A DNA stretch of 64,000 bases from contig CAWJJC010000010.1 of the NCBI GenBank assembly GCA_963843145.1, forward strand, positions 128,001-192,000, read 5' to 3'. Of the stretch, positions 19,183 through 30,780 are shown piece after piece. The notes beneath the pieces were generated by a model. The model worked only from the letters and a program-made list of their open reading frames with translations, made no database searches and was not told the DNA's origin. The stretch comes from an uncultured delta proteobacterium (GTDB lineage: Bacteria; Desulfobacterota; RBG-13-43-22). Positions within the stretch are counted from its first letter, which is position 1, and each line of letters starts with the position of its first letter. The translations under genes and the position numbers were made by a program.

Positions 19183-19338
19183 CTCCTCCTTTTATTTTTA
19201 ACCTATCCGGGATACTATAATGCCCATCGCCCCCACCCGGTTAATTGGCTCTTTGCACCTCCTTTGCCGAATCCTTTTCACCGCCAAGGGGGATATTAGG
19301 CGATAACGGAGGTGGCCTCACCATAGTCTATGAATTTG

Positions 19339-19590
19339 TTAGAGGCAGTTGTTGAGCCGTTCCACGCTGTTCACGCCTACTGAAATCAGTTCGTGGCCCA
19401 GTTCCCGGAATACGACGGCGCCGAAGGGGCCGCCTGTTTCCCGGATCACATTCTCCCGGGCCAGGAAGATGGCCAGGCGCATCTTCTCCTCATCGCTTCG
19501 GCAGGGCGGGATATTTTTCATGAAATGATCCACCCAGGCCGGGAGGGTCCGCTTAATTTCCATTGGACCAAAGGGCGCGACTGTTTCCAT
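19339..19590 (-). pseudogene. Nucleoside/guanine deaminase family, N-terminal fragment
   Basis: MRLAIFLAREN...GGPFGAVVF...VGVN, then a stop just before the expected HAE zinc motif. Confidence 0.7.
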
Positions 19591-19840
19591 TTCGACGATT
19601 ATAAACCGAGGTCGATATAAACCTAAAGGCAAATTCGCCAGGTATTGAACGCTGGAGGAAGGGAAAATGAGAATGCCGGACTGATTCGGGGCCGAAAATA
19701 TCTCGAAGAGGCGATTTTTTTCTTGAAATTCAAACCTGTTTTGTAACAAATTGGACTAGTGTCATCCGGGAACGGCTATTTGGGTTTTTCAGTAAGGCCG
19801 ATCCCATCCTGTTAGGCAAATCCCCATGAGGGAGGGCGGA

Positions 19841-21058
19841 ATGAAAGTGGTGATCATTGGTCTGAGTGCCGCCGGTCTTTCGGCCTTGGAAACACTCCTG
19901 CGGTTTGCCCCCGAGGCCGAGATCACGGCGATCTCCGAGGAAAAACGGCAACCCTACTGCCGCTGCCTGCTCACTCAGTACCTCGGTCGTGAAGTCCAAC
20001 AGGATTTTCTGACGATTCGGGAGACAGCCCATTACCCAAAAAACGTGACCTGGCTTCTCGGGGAGCGAGTCTCGCAGATCGACCCGGGGAAGAAATCGAT
20101 CGCCTGTTCCTCCGGCCGCACCCTGAACTACGATAAATTATTGATCGCTGCCGGAGCCGGCGCCGTCCAGCCAGAATATTGCCGGGACGAAAACCGGACC
20201 CATACCTTGCGGTTTTTGGAAGACGCCCTGCAGATCGAAAACCTGGCCGTCGGGAGAGGGATCGTTGCCGGAGGCGGTTTTGTGGGCCTCAAGACGGCCT
20301 ATGGGTTGAAGGAAAGGGGCCTGGAGGTGGAAATGGTCGTCTCCTCCCCGCATCTGCTGTCCATGGTCATGAACGAACGGGCAGCGGTCTGGGTGGAAAA
20401 GGATCTTAAGTCCCTGGGCGTGGTCCTGAACCGAAATGACGATATTGCCCAAATCAGCGTCAAGGATCACCAGGTCCGGGCCGCGTTGAAATCAGGGAAA
20501 GAAATCCGGAGTGATGTCCTGGTAGTGGGCAAAGGGGTCGTTCCCCGGCTGGAGCTGGCCCGAAGCGCCGGTTTGACCGTCGAGGCCGGTATCCTGGTCA
20601 ATGAATTTTTGGAAACCTCTGCGCCGGATATTTTTGCCGCCGGGGACTGCTGCCAGGCCCTGGATGTAACCCGGGGACGACCCTGGATCAACGCCGTCTG
20701 GCCGGTGGCGGTGGAGCAGGGGTATTTTGCCGGCCAGAACCTGGCCGGGGTCCCGGCGGTCTATCCGGGGAGTATCGGGTTGAATAGTCTGAAAACACCC
20801 CGTTTCCATCTCATCAATGCCGGACTTTTGAACACCGCTGACGGAGTCACCTTTCACGAGCGACAGACTCCCGGCAAAGATCAGTTCCGCATGCTGGCTC
20901 TGCGGGAAGATATCCCGGTGGGTATGAGTTTTTATAATGCCCCCGAAGGCGCCGGGCCGGTGGTGAACCTTATCCGGCGGGGCCTGCCCCTGGCTCACGG
21001 CCTCCCGGAAGCCATCGTCAGCGGGGAGGCCTCCCTGTACGATTTGCTCAAAAACTGA
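19841..21058 (+). CDS. FAD/NAD(P)-dependent oxidoreductase (FNOR) associated with CODH
   Basis: IIGLSAAG, YDKLLIAAG, GGGFVG, IFAAGD; first gene of the coo cluster. Confidence 0.85.
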   Translation: MKVVIIGLSAAGLSALETLLRFAPEAEITAISEEKRQPYCRCLLTQYLGREVQQDFLTIRETAHYPKNVTWLLGERVSQIDPGKKSIACSSGRTLNYDKLLIAAGAGAVQPEYCRDENRTHTLRFLEDALQIENLAVGRGIVAGGGFVGLKTAYGLKERGLEVEMVVSSPHLLSMVMNERAAVWVEKDLKSLGVVLNRNDDIAQISVKDHQVRAALKSGKEIRSDVLVVGKGVVPRLELARSAGLTVEAGILVNEFLETSAPDIFAAGDCCQALDVTRGRPWINAVWPVAVEQGYFAGQNLAGVPAVYPGSIGLNSLKTPRFHLINAGLLNTADGVTFHERQTPGKDQFRMLALREDIPVGMSFYNAPEGAGPVVNLIRRGLPLAHGLPEAIVSGEASLYDLLKN

Positions 21059-21071
21059 CTTTTAAATAAAA

Positions 21072-21114
21072 CCATTTGAATTTGTTTCGGATTTCGGATT
21101 TCGTGCTTCGAATT
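21072..21114. repeat. Half copy of the heptamer palindrome at 7143
   Basis: CATTTGAATTTGTTTCGGATTTCG identical to 7237-7260. Confidence 0.7.
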
Positions 21115-21134
21115 TTCCCTAAAAGGAGGTCCTT

Positions 21135-21728
21135 ATGAAAACGGTGGTAGTCAGGCCCGAGCGTTGTGTCGGCTGCCTGCAGTGCCGTGTGGCCTGCGCG
21201 GTGGCCCACTCGCTGAGCCAGTCCCTCTACGCGGCGCCCTATGAGTCGGTGCTATCCAAGCCCCGCATCCACATCGGGCTTTCCAAAGAAAAGGAGCCCT
21301 TTCCCAACAAGTGCCGGCACTGCGACCCGGCGCCCTGCGAGATGGCCTGTCTGACCAAGGCCATTTTCCGCGAAGATAAAGCCCGGGCCATGATGATCAA
21401 TCCCGATCGCTGCATCAATTGCGGCATGTGCGCCATGGCCTGTCCCTTCGGCGTGATCCGCTATCATACCTATCCCAGTCATAAAGAAGCGGCCCACAAG
21501 TGCGATCAGTGCGCGGCCCGCCAGCGAGAAGGAAAAGGGCCGGCCTGCGTGGAGGTCTGCAAATCCGGCGCCCTGCTTTTTGAGGAACCCAACCGGGTCC
21601 TGGATCGGGAGACGGACGAAATGGCTTCCCTGGTCTATCTGGGCATTCGGGAAAAAGCCTCGGCCGATAATCCCTTTGCTGCCTTAACCCGTTATCGCCA
21701 TTCGCTGGAACAATTAAGGAGGAGATAA
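21135..21728 (+). CDS. cooF: CooF-like 4x[4Fe-4S] electron-transfer protein
   Basis: Four Cys groups (CVGCLQC, CRHC..PC, CINCGMC..CP, KCDQC..PAC). Confidence 0.88.
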   Translation: MKTVVVRPERCVGCLQCRVACAVAHSLSQSLYAAPYESVLSKPRIHIGLSKEKEPFPNKCRHCDPAPCEMACLTKAIFREDKARAMMINPDRCINCGMCAMACPFGVIRYHTYPSHKEAAHKCDQCAARQREGKGPACVEVCKSGALLFEEPNRVLDRETDEMASLVYLGIREKASADNPFAALTRYRHSLEQLRRR

Positions 21729-21731
21729 GCC

Positions 21732-23607
21732 ATGCGTGACGTTCAAGATCTTTCCATCTGTAAAGATGCCCAGCTTATGCTGAAGAAGGCGGCCGAAGAC
21801 GGCGTCGAGACCGTCTGGGACCGGTATCTAAAACAGCAGCCCCCCTGTGGCTATTGTGAACTGGGGCTCTCCTGCCGCAACTGCGTCATGGGGCCTTGCC
21901 GGATCGATCCCTTCGGGGAAGGGCCGCAACGAGGCGTTTGCGGCGCCGATGCCGATATCATCGTCGCCCGCAACCTGGCCCGGATGATCGCGGCCGGGGC
22001 GGCTTCCCATTCCGACCACGGGCGTGACCTGGTGGAGGTTTTGCATAAAATCGGCCAAGGTCAGGCCCCGGGCTATGCCATCAAGGACCCGGAAAAAATG
22101 AGACGCCTGGCGCTGGAGTACGGGGTCCCGACCGATAACCGCGAAACCCAGGCCATCGCCCTGGACTTGGCGGAAGCGATGATGGAAGACTACGGGATGA
22201 AGAAATCCCAGATTACCCTGGTCAACCGGGCACCAAAGCAGCGCCTGGATCTCTGGAAAAAATTTCGGGTCCTGCCCCGGGGCATTGACCGGGAGACCTC
22301 GGAGATGATGCACCGGACCCATATGGGCGTGGACAACGACTGGGTCTCCCTGCTCTTGCAGGCGGTCCGCAACAGTCTCTCCGATGGTTATGGCGGGTCC
22401 TTGATCGGCACCGAAGTGTCGGACATCATCTTCGGCACGCCTCAGCCGGGGATGTCCGAGGTAAATCTGGGGGTGCTCAAGGAAGATCGGGTCAACATCG
22501 TGGTCCACGGCCACAGCCCCGTCGTATCCGAGATGATCTGCCTGGCGGCCGAGGACCCGGAGATGATCGCCCTGGCCCAATCCAAAGGCGCCCGGGGGAT
22601 AAACCTGGTCGGGCTCTGCTGCACGGGCAACGAACTGACGATGCGCCGCAAGATCCCCATGGTCGGCAACCACCTGATGACCGAACTGACCCTGGTCACC
22701 GGGGCGGTGGAAGCCATGATCGTCGACTACCAATGCATTATGCCCTCCCTCGGGACAGGTGGCTCAGTGTTACCATACTCGAATGTATTCGACCTCGGAC
22801 AAGGCGAAATTCCCCTTCATGGAACACGTGGAATTCAATCCCGGCAACGCTAAAGAACAGGCCTACCGGATCGTCCGGGAGTCCATTGAAAATTTTACCC
22901 GCCGGGTCCCAGGGAAGGTCAACATCCCGGTCGAACCGGTCAGGACCATGACGGGTTTTTCGGTGGAGGCTATCGTCGGGGCCCTCGGCGGGACACTTAC
23001 GCCGCTGATTGAGGCCATCAAGGCCGGCAAGATCAAGGGCGCCGTGGGGGTGGTCGGCTGCAACAATCCCAAGGTCAAGCAGGACTACGGCCATGTGGAG
23101 TTGATCAAACGTCTGATCGCCAACGACATATTGGTTCTGACCACCGGCTGCGTCAACGTGGCCGCCGGCAAGGCCGGGCTGCAGGCCCCCGAGGCTAAAG
23201 ACCTGGCCGGTCCGGGCCTAAAGGAAATATGCGGCGCCTTGGGGATTCCGCCTTCCCTCCACCTGGGATCCTGCGTGGACAATTCGCGGATCCTGGTCAT
23301 TGCCTGCGCCCTGGCCAACGCCCTGGGAGTGGACATCAGCCAACTGCCCCTGGCCGGTTCGGCGCCGGAATGGTATTCCGAAAAGGCGGCGACAATCGCC
23401 TTCTACGTCATGGCCAGCGGGATCTTTACCCATCTCGGGGTCATGCCCCCTATTTTGGGGAGCAAGAAGGTCACCGAACTGGCCACCCAGGGACTGAACG
23501 ACGTCTTCGGGGCCTGCTTCGCCGTGGAACCGGACCCCATCAAGGCCGCCGAGTTGATTACTAATCACATCCTGGAAAAGCGAAAAGCTTTAGGTCTCAG
23601 CGTTTAG
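21732..23607 (+). CDS. cooS: Anaerobic Ni,Fe carbon monoxide dehydrogenase, split by a +1 frameshift near 22751
   Basis: CRNCVMGPC, HSDH, HGH, CCTG, DYQC, GCNN, TGC, GSCVD, SEKA; removing one G from CTCGGGACAG restores PSLGQVAQCYH (~624 aa). Confidence 0.92.
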
Positions 23608-23627
23608 TCGATAGTAGCTAGATGCAA

Positions 23628-23660
23628 AGAGGGTCCAGACTTAGGGTCTGGGCCCTCTTT
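23628..23660 (+). terminator. Hairpin terminator after cooS
   Basis: AGAGGGTCCAGAC-loop-GTCTGGGCCCTCT followed by TT. Confidence 0.65.
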
Positions 23661-23810
23661 GCATAAGCACTCCCTTCTTCCCATTTTTCATGCCGGAGTT
23701 CTGGTTTCAAATCCTGGCGCCTTCCCATCAGATGCATGTTTTAACTTTTTGACTCAATTCTACAAGAGGAAAGCCGTCTTCAATAGCGCGAGGGACGTAA
23801 GGGGATTCAC

Positions 23811-23901
23811 TCATAGAGTAAGGTCCGAAGGCCTGGCGACGTTCAGTTCGCTTACTTTTTGAAAGGCGGCATCAGCCTTTGGAAATATCGTCGAGGTTCA
23901 T
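23811..23901 (-). pseudogene. Remnant of PIN/VapC toxin (internal deletion)
   Basis: MNLDDIS start overlapping the antitoxin stop (ATGA), joined out of frame to ADAAFQKV...RPSDL, a PIN-like C-end. Confidence 0.65.
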
Positions 23902-24140
23902 GAATCCCAGCTATCTTCTTTCAGGACTTTCCTGAACTGTTCATGACTGAGGCGCATAGGACGTTCACAAAAAAGTTGGTAGGCGCTCTCCCGCTTTTGG
24001 GGATCGGGCAATCGGTTACTCAGGTAAGTGACCAGAGCGTCCTGAATCAGGTCGCTCAAAGGCCGGCCCTCTTCAAGGGCCCGATGTTTGGCCAGTTTGA
24101 TAACCTCTTCTTCAATCAAAGTGCCGACTTTTCTTTTCAT
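23898..24140 (-). CDS. Ribbon-helix-helix antitoxin (VapB/CopG-like), 80 aa
   Basis: MKRKVGTLIEEEVIKLAKHRALEEGRPLSDLIQDAL RHH pattern. Confidence 0.75.
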   Translation of the reverse strand: MKRKVGTLIEEEVIKLAKHRALEEGRPLSDLIQDALVTYLSNRLPDPQKRESAYQLFCERPMRLSHEQFRKVLKEDSWDS

Positions 24141-24452
24141 ATTAAGGGTCTCACAATAGTCTGTACATACACTGACCGTAATCCCCGAGGGGAAGTAATT
24201 CCCCCCATGGGTACTGGCTGACCAACGGAGATTGCTTCGTCGCTTCGCTTCTCGCTGGCCCTTGGCTTCGTTTGATCCCTCCGTTTTTTTGATTTTTCTC
24301 CCTTCCCCTCTCTTTTTTCCATTGTATCCCCTTTCCGGACTAAAGCAAATTCTTATCCATGTAGTCCGGACTTGCGTTTTACATGGCGGCCAGCGGCCCG
24401 AATATGTTAATTTGTAAAAATTGAAATTTTTGCCGGGTATTGTATTGTGAGC

Positions 24453-27400
24453 ATGAATGACCAAAGGGATCCCCTCTCCCCATTCCATCCCCTGATCCGC
24501 AAGTGGTTTACGGAAAGGCTGGGTGCGCCAACCAATATACAGTCACGTCGCCTGGCCGGAAATTGCCCTCGGAAGACACGTTCTGGTGACGGCGCCTACG
24601 GGCAGCGGCAAGACGCTGACGGCCTTCCTCTGGGCCATCAACCAACTGGTCACCGGCGCCTGGGTCACCGGCCGGACGCGCGTCCTCTATGTCTCGCCCT
24701 TAAAAGCGCTGAATAATGATATCCGGCGCAACCTGGCCAATCCCCTGGGGGAACTTCGCTCGTACTTCACGAAGGCCGGCGAGGAGTTTCCGCCTATCGG
24801 CCTGCTGACGCGCAGCGGCGATACGCCGGCGGAAGAACGGCGGCGGATGCGGCGCCGGCCGCCGGAAATCCTGATCACCACGCCGGAAAGCCTGAATCTC
24901 CTTTTGAGTTCCCGGAGCGGCCGGGAGATGCTGACCGGGATTGCCACGGTGATCCTGGATGAGATCCACGCCGTGATCGGCACCAAACGGGGGACCCATC
25001 TGATTACGGCCGTCGATCGCCTGGTCCGCCTTTCCGGCGAATTCCAGCGACTGGCCCTGTCGGCCACGGTGAAGCCCCTGGCCATCGTAGCCGAGTTTAT
25101 CGGCGGGTCCATGCTAAAGGGCGAAGGGCCCTCCGGGTATTATGAAAAACGGAACGTTTCGATTATTAAATCGAAGGACACCAAGCGCTATGGGATCGAG
25201 GTCCTTTTCCCTCCGGACGTCCGGGAACAGCCGGCCGACGCCTCCCGGTGGCCGGTCCTGGCTGCCGCCTTCCGGGAAGTCATTCGGGCCCACCGCTCCG
25301 TCCTGCTCTTTGCCAACAGCCGCCGCCTGGCGGAAAAGGTCACCCGCCTGATCAACGAAGGTCTAGCGGAAGAGCTGGCCTACTCCCACCACGGCTCCCT
25401 CTCCCGGGAGATCCGCCTGGCAGTGGAACAGCGTTTGAAAAATGGCGAACTGCGGGCCATCGTCGCCACCAGTTCCCTGGAGCTCGGCATCGATATCGGC
25501 GAACTGGATCTCGTCGTGCTTATCCAGACGCCGCCCTCCATATCCGCGGCCATCCAGCGGATCGGGCGTTCCGGCCACCGCGTCGGAGGGGTGAGCCGCG
25601 GCCTGCTCTATCCCACCCACGGGATTGATTTTCTGACCGCCGCCGTTATCGCCAAGAGCATCACGGATCAGGATATCGAAGCCGTCCGGCCCATCGAAGG
25701 TCCGCTGGACGTATTGGCCCAGGTGATCCTTTCCCTGACCGGTTTGGAACAATGGGATATGGATGAACTGTTCTCCTTCATAAAAACCAGCTACCCCTAC
25801 CGGCGCCTCCCCCGCCGGCAATTCGACCTGGTCCTGGAAATGCTGGCCGGGGGATACGCGGAAACGAGGCTCCGGGAACTTAAACCGCGCCTCTCCCTGG
25901 ATAAACTCGATAGCACCGTCCACGGCCGGGAGGGGGTGCTGCGTTTGCTCTATCTCTCGGGCGGAACCATCCCGGACCGCGGCTATTATGATTTGCGGCT
26001 GGCGGATTCCAAGGCCAAGATAGGCGAACTGGACGAAGAATTTGTCTGGGAACGGAGCCTCGGCGACACCTTCACCCTGGGCGCCCAGGTTTGGCGGATT
26101 CAGAAGGTGACCCACAACGAGGTAGAGGTGCTGCCGGCGGAGGTCAAACCTGGCATCTTCCCCTTCTGGAAGGCCGAGGACTTGAATCGGGATTTTCACT
26201 TTTCGGAAAAGATCCTGCTGTTCCTGGAACGATTCCAGACTCGGCCTGAAGTTTCCGTTTGGAAAGAGGAACTGCGGCGGGAATATTTCATGGAGAGAGG
26301 CGGCGGCGGACGAACTCCTCGGGTTTCTAAAAAGACAACAGGAAGCGACCCGGTCCGAGCTCCCTCACCGGCATCATCTGCTGATCGAGCACTTCCAGGA
26401 TCCCCTGAACCCCGCGGACGGCCGGCAAGTTATTCTACATACGCTCTGGGGCGGAAAAATCAACCGGCCTTTAAGCCTGGCCCTGCAGGCGGCTTGGGAA
26501 GAGAAGACTCGACACTCGTCTGGAAATCTTCCAGAATAACGACGGCCTCTTATTCCTGCTGCCGGACGACGTTTCCGCCGCGGAGGTCCTGACCCTGGTG
26601 ACGCCGGAAAACCTGGAACGGCTGCTCCGGCGGACGCTGGAGCAGAGCGGGTTTTTCGGGGCGAAATTCCGGGAAAACGCCGGCCGGGCACTGTTGCTCC
26701 CCCGCGGGGATTTTAAAAAACGCCTGCCCCTCTGGCTGAACCGGCTCCGGTCCAAGACGCTGTTGGAGGCCGTTCGGGTCTATCCGGATTTTCCCATTTT
26801 GCTGGAGACCTGGCGCACCTGCCTGCAGGATGAGTTCGACCTGGACCATCTAAAGCAACTGCTCGACGAAATCCGTGGCGGTCGGATAAAGATCACCGAG
26901 GCCGTCACTACCGCGGCCTCTCCCTTCGCCGACGGCCTGGTCTACCGGCAGACCAATGCCTATATGTATGCGGACGACACGCCCCGGTCGGAGAAAGCCT
27001 CTGCCTTGAGCCAGGAACTGCTGAAAGAAGTACTGTTTTCCCAGCGCCTCCGGCCGCGCCTTTCCCCGGACCTCAGCGCCGCGCTGGAGGAAAAGCTGAA
27101 GCGAACGACCCCGGGCTACGCCCCCCGATCGGCGGCCGACCTCCTGGACTGGGTCAAAGAGCGGCTCCTGATCCCGGCGCCGGAGTGGCAGGAGCTTAAA
27201 GAGGCCATGGGTCGTGATCGCGGGAGTTCGCCGGACGACCGAATCACAACCATCAGAGAAAAGATCGTCTCCCTGCGGCTGCCCGGGGCCTCGCTGGACC
27301 TGATTGGCGCCATAGAAAATCTGGGCCGGATCACCAAGGCCTTTCAAATCCAACCCGGGAAGTTGACGGTTCGGGATGTATTTTCCGGTGCCCCCTTGTC

Positions 27401-28961
27401 CGGCCGGGCCGCCTATTGGGTCGACACCGTATTAAAAAAATCCCCTTCAAAAAAAGCCGATCAGGAGGAGAACCCGCTGCCGGATCTCTTCCAGCAGTGG
27501 CTTTCCTTCTACGGACCGATCCGGAAATCCTCTCTGAAAGAGGTGCTGGGTCTCGAGGGTGTCCGACTGGATGACCTGTTGGCCGGCTTGGCGGAAGCCC
27601 AGGAGGTGGTGCTCGACCTGTTGACGGAACAGGCCGAAGAGCTGGAAATCTGTGACCGGGAAAACCTGGAGATCCTGCTCCGGATGGCCCGCAGGTCCCG
27701 GCAGCCTTCCTTCCAGGCCCTCGACTTGGACCGGCTGCCGCTGTTTCTGGCCGACTGGCAGGGCCTCACCCGGCCGGGCCACTCGCCCGATGACCTCCAG
27801 CGCATCCTGGATCAGCTCTTTGGATTCCCGGCCGCCGCCGACGCCTGGGAGAAACAGTTTCTGCCGGCCCGCTTATCGCCCTATTACGGTGCCTGGCTGG
27901 ACGGTCTGATCCACTCCGGTCCTCTTCTCTGGTTCGGCTGCGGCCTTCGTAAATTGAGCCTAGCCTTCTCCGACGACCTGGAACTCTTCCTCGATCCCGG
28001 CAGTGCCGGATCCGGATCGAAAACAGCGGAGACGAAGACCGGGGAGGAGGAACTGGTCCGTCTGCTGCCCCGGGAAATCGGACGTTACGGCCTGCTGGAT
28101 ATTATCCGCCATTCAAAAATGGACAGCCGGACCGTAACCGGAAAACTCTGGGACCTGGCCTGGCAGGGGCGGATCACCAATGACGCCTTCACCGCCCTGC
28201 GCCAGGGGATCGTGACGGATTTTGCTCCGTTTCCTTTAAATGAGGCCGGCCCCCGGCCTTCCCGATCGGCCTTTAACCGCTGGGCCGCTACACGCCCGCT
28301 GTCCGGAAACTGGTACGCTATCGACCGCGATAAGATGGATAAAGATCCCATCGCGGAAGCGGAATTGGTCAAGGACCGGGTCCGTCAGCTCCTCCGGCGC
28401 TATGGTCTACTCTTCCGGGAACTGGTAGCGGGCGAGCTGCCGCTGCTTCGCTGGTCCAGGGTATTCAAGGCCCTACGGCTCATGGAGCTTTCCGGCGAGA
28501 TCCTCTCCGGGCATTTTTTTCAAGGTATCCCCGGCCTGCAATTCATCTCCCCCGAGGCCTTCCGCTTCTTAAACGAACCCCAGACGGAGGACCCCGTTTA
28601 CTGGCTGAATGCCGCCGACCCGGCCTCGCTTTGCGGGATTAAACTGGAGGCCTGGAAGGGCCTCCTCCCCAGCCGCCGACCTTCGACGCATCTGGTCTAC
28701 CGCGGATCTCGATTGGTCATCATTTCCCGCCGGAACGGCGGGTCCCTGGAAATGCGGATCCCTCCCGAAGACCCGCGTCTCCCCGACTACCTGGCCTTTT
28801 TTAAGGTGCTGTTAACTCGCGAATTCAGTCCCGAAAAAATCATACTGGTGGAAACGATCAACGGGAAGCCTGCCCTGGAAAGCGAATACGCCGGTCCTTT
28901 GAAGGCCTTCGGTTTTTACAGAGGCTATAAAGGATTAGAGTTGGTGAAGAAATATGATTGA
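24453..28961 (+). CDS. lhr: Large Lhr ATP-dependent helicase (~1500 aa) with C-terminal extension; three +1 frameshifts (~24545, ~26296, ~26515)
   Basis: APTGSGKT, SPLKAL, TTPES, DEIH, SAT, HHGSL, LELGID, QRIGRSGH; C-terminal LLRRYG and NAADPASL. Confidence 0.88.
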
Positions 28962-28981
28962 TTTGAGTGGGGCTCAAATTT

Positions 28982-29124
28982 GATGAACTCGCAAAAAGTC
29001 CCCCAGTCTGTCATTGCGAGGAGTGAAGCGACGAAGCAATCCCCAAGAATCAGCTAATTGCCGAGGTGGGGATTGCTTTTCTTCGCTCGCAATGACGGTT
29101 TTTTCGACTTTTTGCGAAACCATC
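28982..29124. mobile_element. MITE-like element (same TIR as 16262) carrying a GTCATTGCGAG...CTCGCAATGAC palindrome (29010-29096)
   Basis: GATGAACTCGCAAAAAGTC...GACTTTTTGCGAAACCATC with AAATTT on both flanks. Confidence 0.75.
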
Positions 29125-29195
29125 AAATTTGACAGGCCCGGATTCCAGCTAAGCTAAATAAAGGGGATGACCGTCAGGTTAACTCAGAAATTCCG

Positions 29196-29258
29196 TCCTC
29201 CCCGAATGCTTTTATCGCGTATCCAGGGTTCCCGCTCAGAAACGCTGCGAGAATAACG
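29196..29258. repeat. Degenerate REP/RPE-like palindrome
   Basis: GTCCTCCCCGAATGCTTTTATCGCGTATCCAG...TTCCCGC...GCGAGAATAAC. Confidence 0.45.
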
Positions 29259-29313
29259 TTTTATGATGTTATTACTATTTTGAGACCATTCATGATATCC
29301 CGGCCGAGCCTCA

Positions 29314-30153
29314 TCATCCATTCCTTCCTTTATGGTTCAAGCCGGCCTGCCGCTCATACTCCTTCTTGACCGCCTCCGACCCGTATTTGCGTTCCAGCCG
29401 CCGAATAGTAAAGTGGCCTCTGGCCATGGCCTGAAAATGGGAGACAAACAACAGGTTGATCAATGCGCCGCCCAAAGCGCCGATCAGGGGAATCATTTCG
29501 GCCAGGGTTTTTTCCGAAACCACCACTCCGAAACGCGACGTGACCACTGTCATCAGTCGAATCAAAAGGGGGGCTCCCTCCTGGACCGCCCCCCGGCCGC
29601 CCAGGAACTCCGCCGCTTCGGATACCAGCCTGGCCAACGAGGCCCGCACCGCGTAATACCCGGTTTCCGCGGCATCATCTTCCGACCGGGTTCCTCCCAG
29701 GGTAAACACCTCCAGGCAGGCCCATCGAGCCTCCAGGGCGTCCAGGTCCTCGCCCTCCGATTGGGCCACTGCCACGATGGCCCGCAGCATCAAAACGGTT
29801 GAAACCGGCAGTTCAACGAGCAGACCCGGCAGGCCCCAAAAGCCGCCCAAGGCTCCGCTGAGCATGACCAGGCCACGGTGGGTTCCCAGCGAAGGCTCCG
29901 GCGCCGCCCTTTTCCCCAGGGTAGCGATCGCCAGCCCCAGGGACTTACCCAAAGCCCTTTCCGTCAACCAGCGGATCATCAGAGACAGCGGTTTGGGCAA
30001 GACCCGGATCAGGGCCTCGATTGGGGCACCCAGGAAATTGATCAGGCGAATGGCCCAGCCGGGATGTTCCAGTCCTTGAACGGCAGATTTCAGGTCTTGG
30101 AGATCTTTGGTTTCCCACACGGAAGGTACCGGATATAATTGATGCCGATTCAC
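29314..30153 (-). CDS. EcsC family protein
   Basis: LEHP, GGFWGLPGLLVELPVST, CLEVFTLGG, GYYAVR, GHFTIRRLERKYG. Confidence 0.8.
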   Translation of the reverse strand: MNRHQLYPVPSVWETKDLQDLKSAVQGLEHPGWAIRLINFLGAPIEALIRVLPKPLSLMIRWLTERALGKSLGLAIATLGKRAAPEPSLGTHRGLVMLSGALGGFWGLPGLLVELPVSTVLMLRAIVAVAQSEGEDLDALEARWACLEVFTLGGTRSEDDAAETGYYAVRASLARLVSEAAEFLGGRGAVQEGAPLLIRLMTVVTSRFGVVVSEKTLAEMIPLIGALGGALINLLFVSHFQAMARGHFTIRRLERKYGSEAVKKEYERQAGLNHKGRNG

Positions 30154-30426
30154 AAGGCTTTAAAGACCTTGGCCAGGGATTCCCCATAGACCGACAGATC
30201 CCATTCGCAGTCTAATTCTGGAACCTGCTCCAGAGTCTTTTCAAAAGTGCGGAACCGAAACCGTTTGGTCTGAAACATCAACAACTTCACCGGGAAATCC
30301 CCCTTTTTCTTTATCGTACCATGGATGCTTTTCCGGATAAACTTAAATCCATCGACCGATCATTGAGATCCTACCGGTTTTTCTTTATAAGGTCGTTCGC
30401 CCTTTTGGTTGGGCGGCCTCAAGATT

Positions 30427-30440
30427 TTGATTTAGGTCAA
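30427..30440. promoter_or_regulatory. FNR/Crp-family-like box
   Basis: TTGAT-TTAG-GTCAA, one mismatch to TTGAT-N4-ATCAA. Confidence 0.4.
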
Positions 30441-30568
30441 TGTCCAAATTATTCAATCAAAAATATTCTAATGATATTGGTGGACCTTTTGATATAATCT
30501 ATCTCACCATTGCCTAAGAAACGGGCGGCGATTATTCATTAGGGAGTACCGGTACCGACCCGGGCCGA

Positions 30569-30766
30569 CAGTATCTCACCAAAACGCTGCACCTGCCGGG
30601 AGGTGCCACGGCGCTTATCGCGGTCATCGGCGGTGACAAAATTCACCACTTCGGTTTTTTCTACGCTTTGGTGCCCGTAGCCCTCGGGGCCGCCGGGATG
30701 CTGGTGGTGGCCCTGCTGGTCAACAATATCCCCAGGGACCGGAAATATCCGGAGTTCTGGCTCTAA
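30569..30766 (+). pseudogene. HPP-family membrane protein, C-terminal fragment (not in the ORF track)
   Basis: TKTLHLPGGATALIAV...LLVNNIPRDRKYPEFWL*; HPP motif changed to HLP, no start codon. Confidence 0.75.
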
Positions 30767-30780
30767 CAAAAGGTGTCTTC

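Noticed and set aside
19741-19760. CooA or Rex operator upstream of the coo cluster
   Set aside because: TTGTAACAAATTGGACTA is too poor a match to either consensus to call
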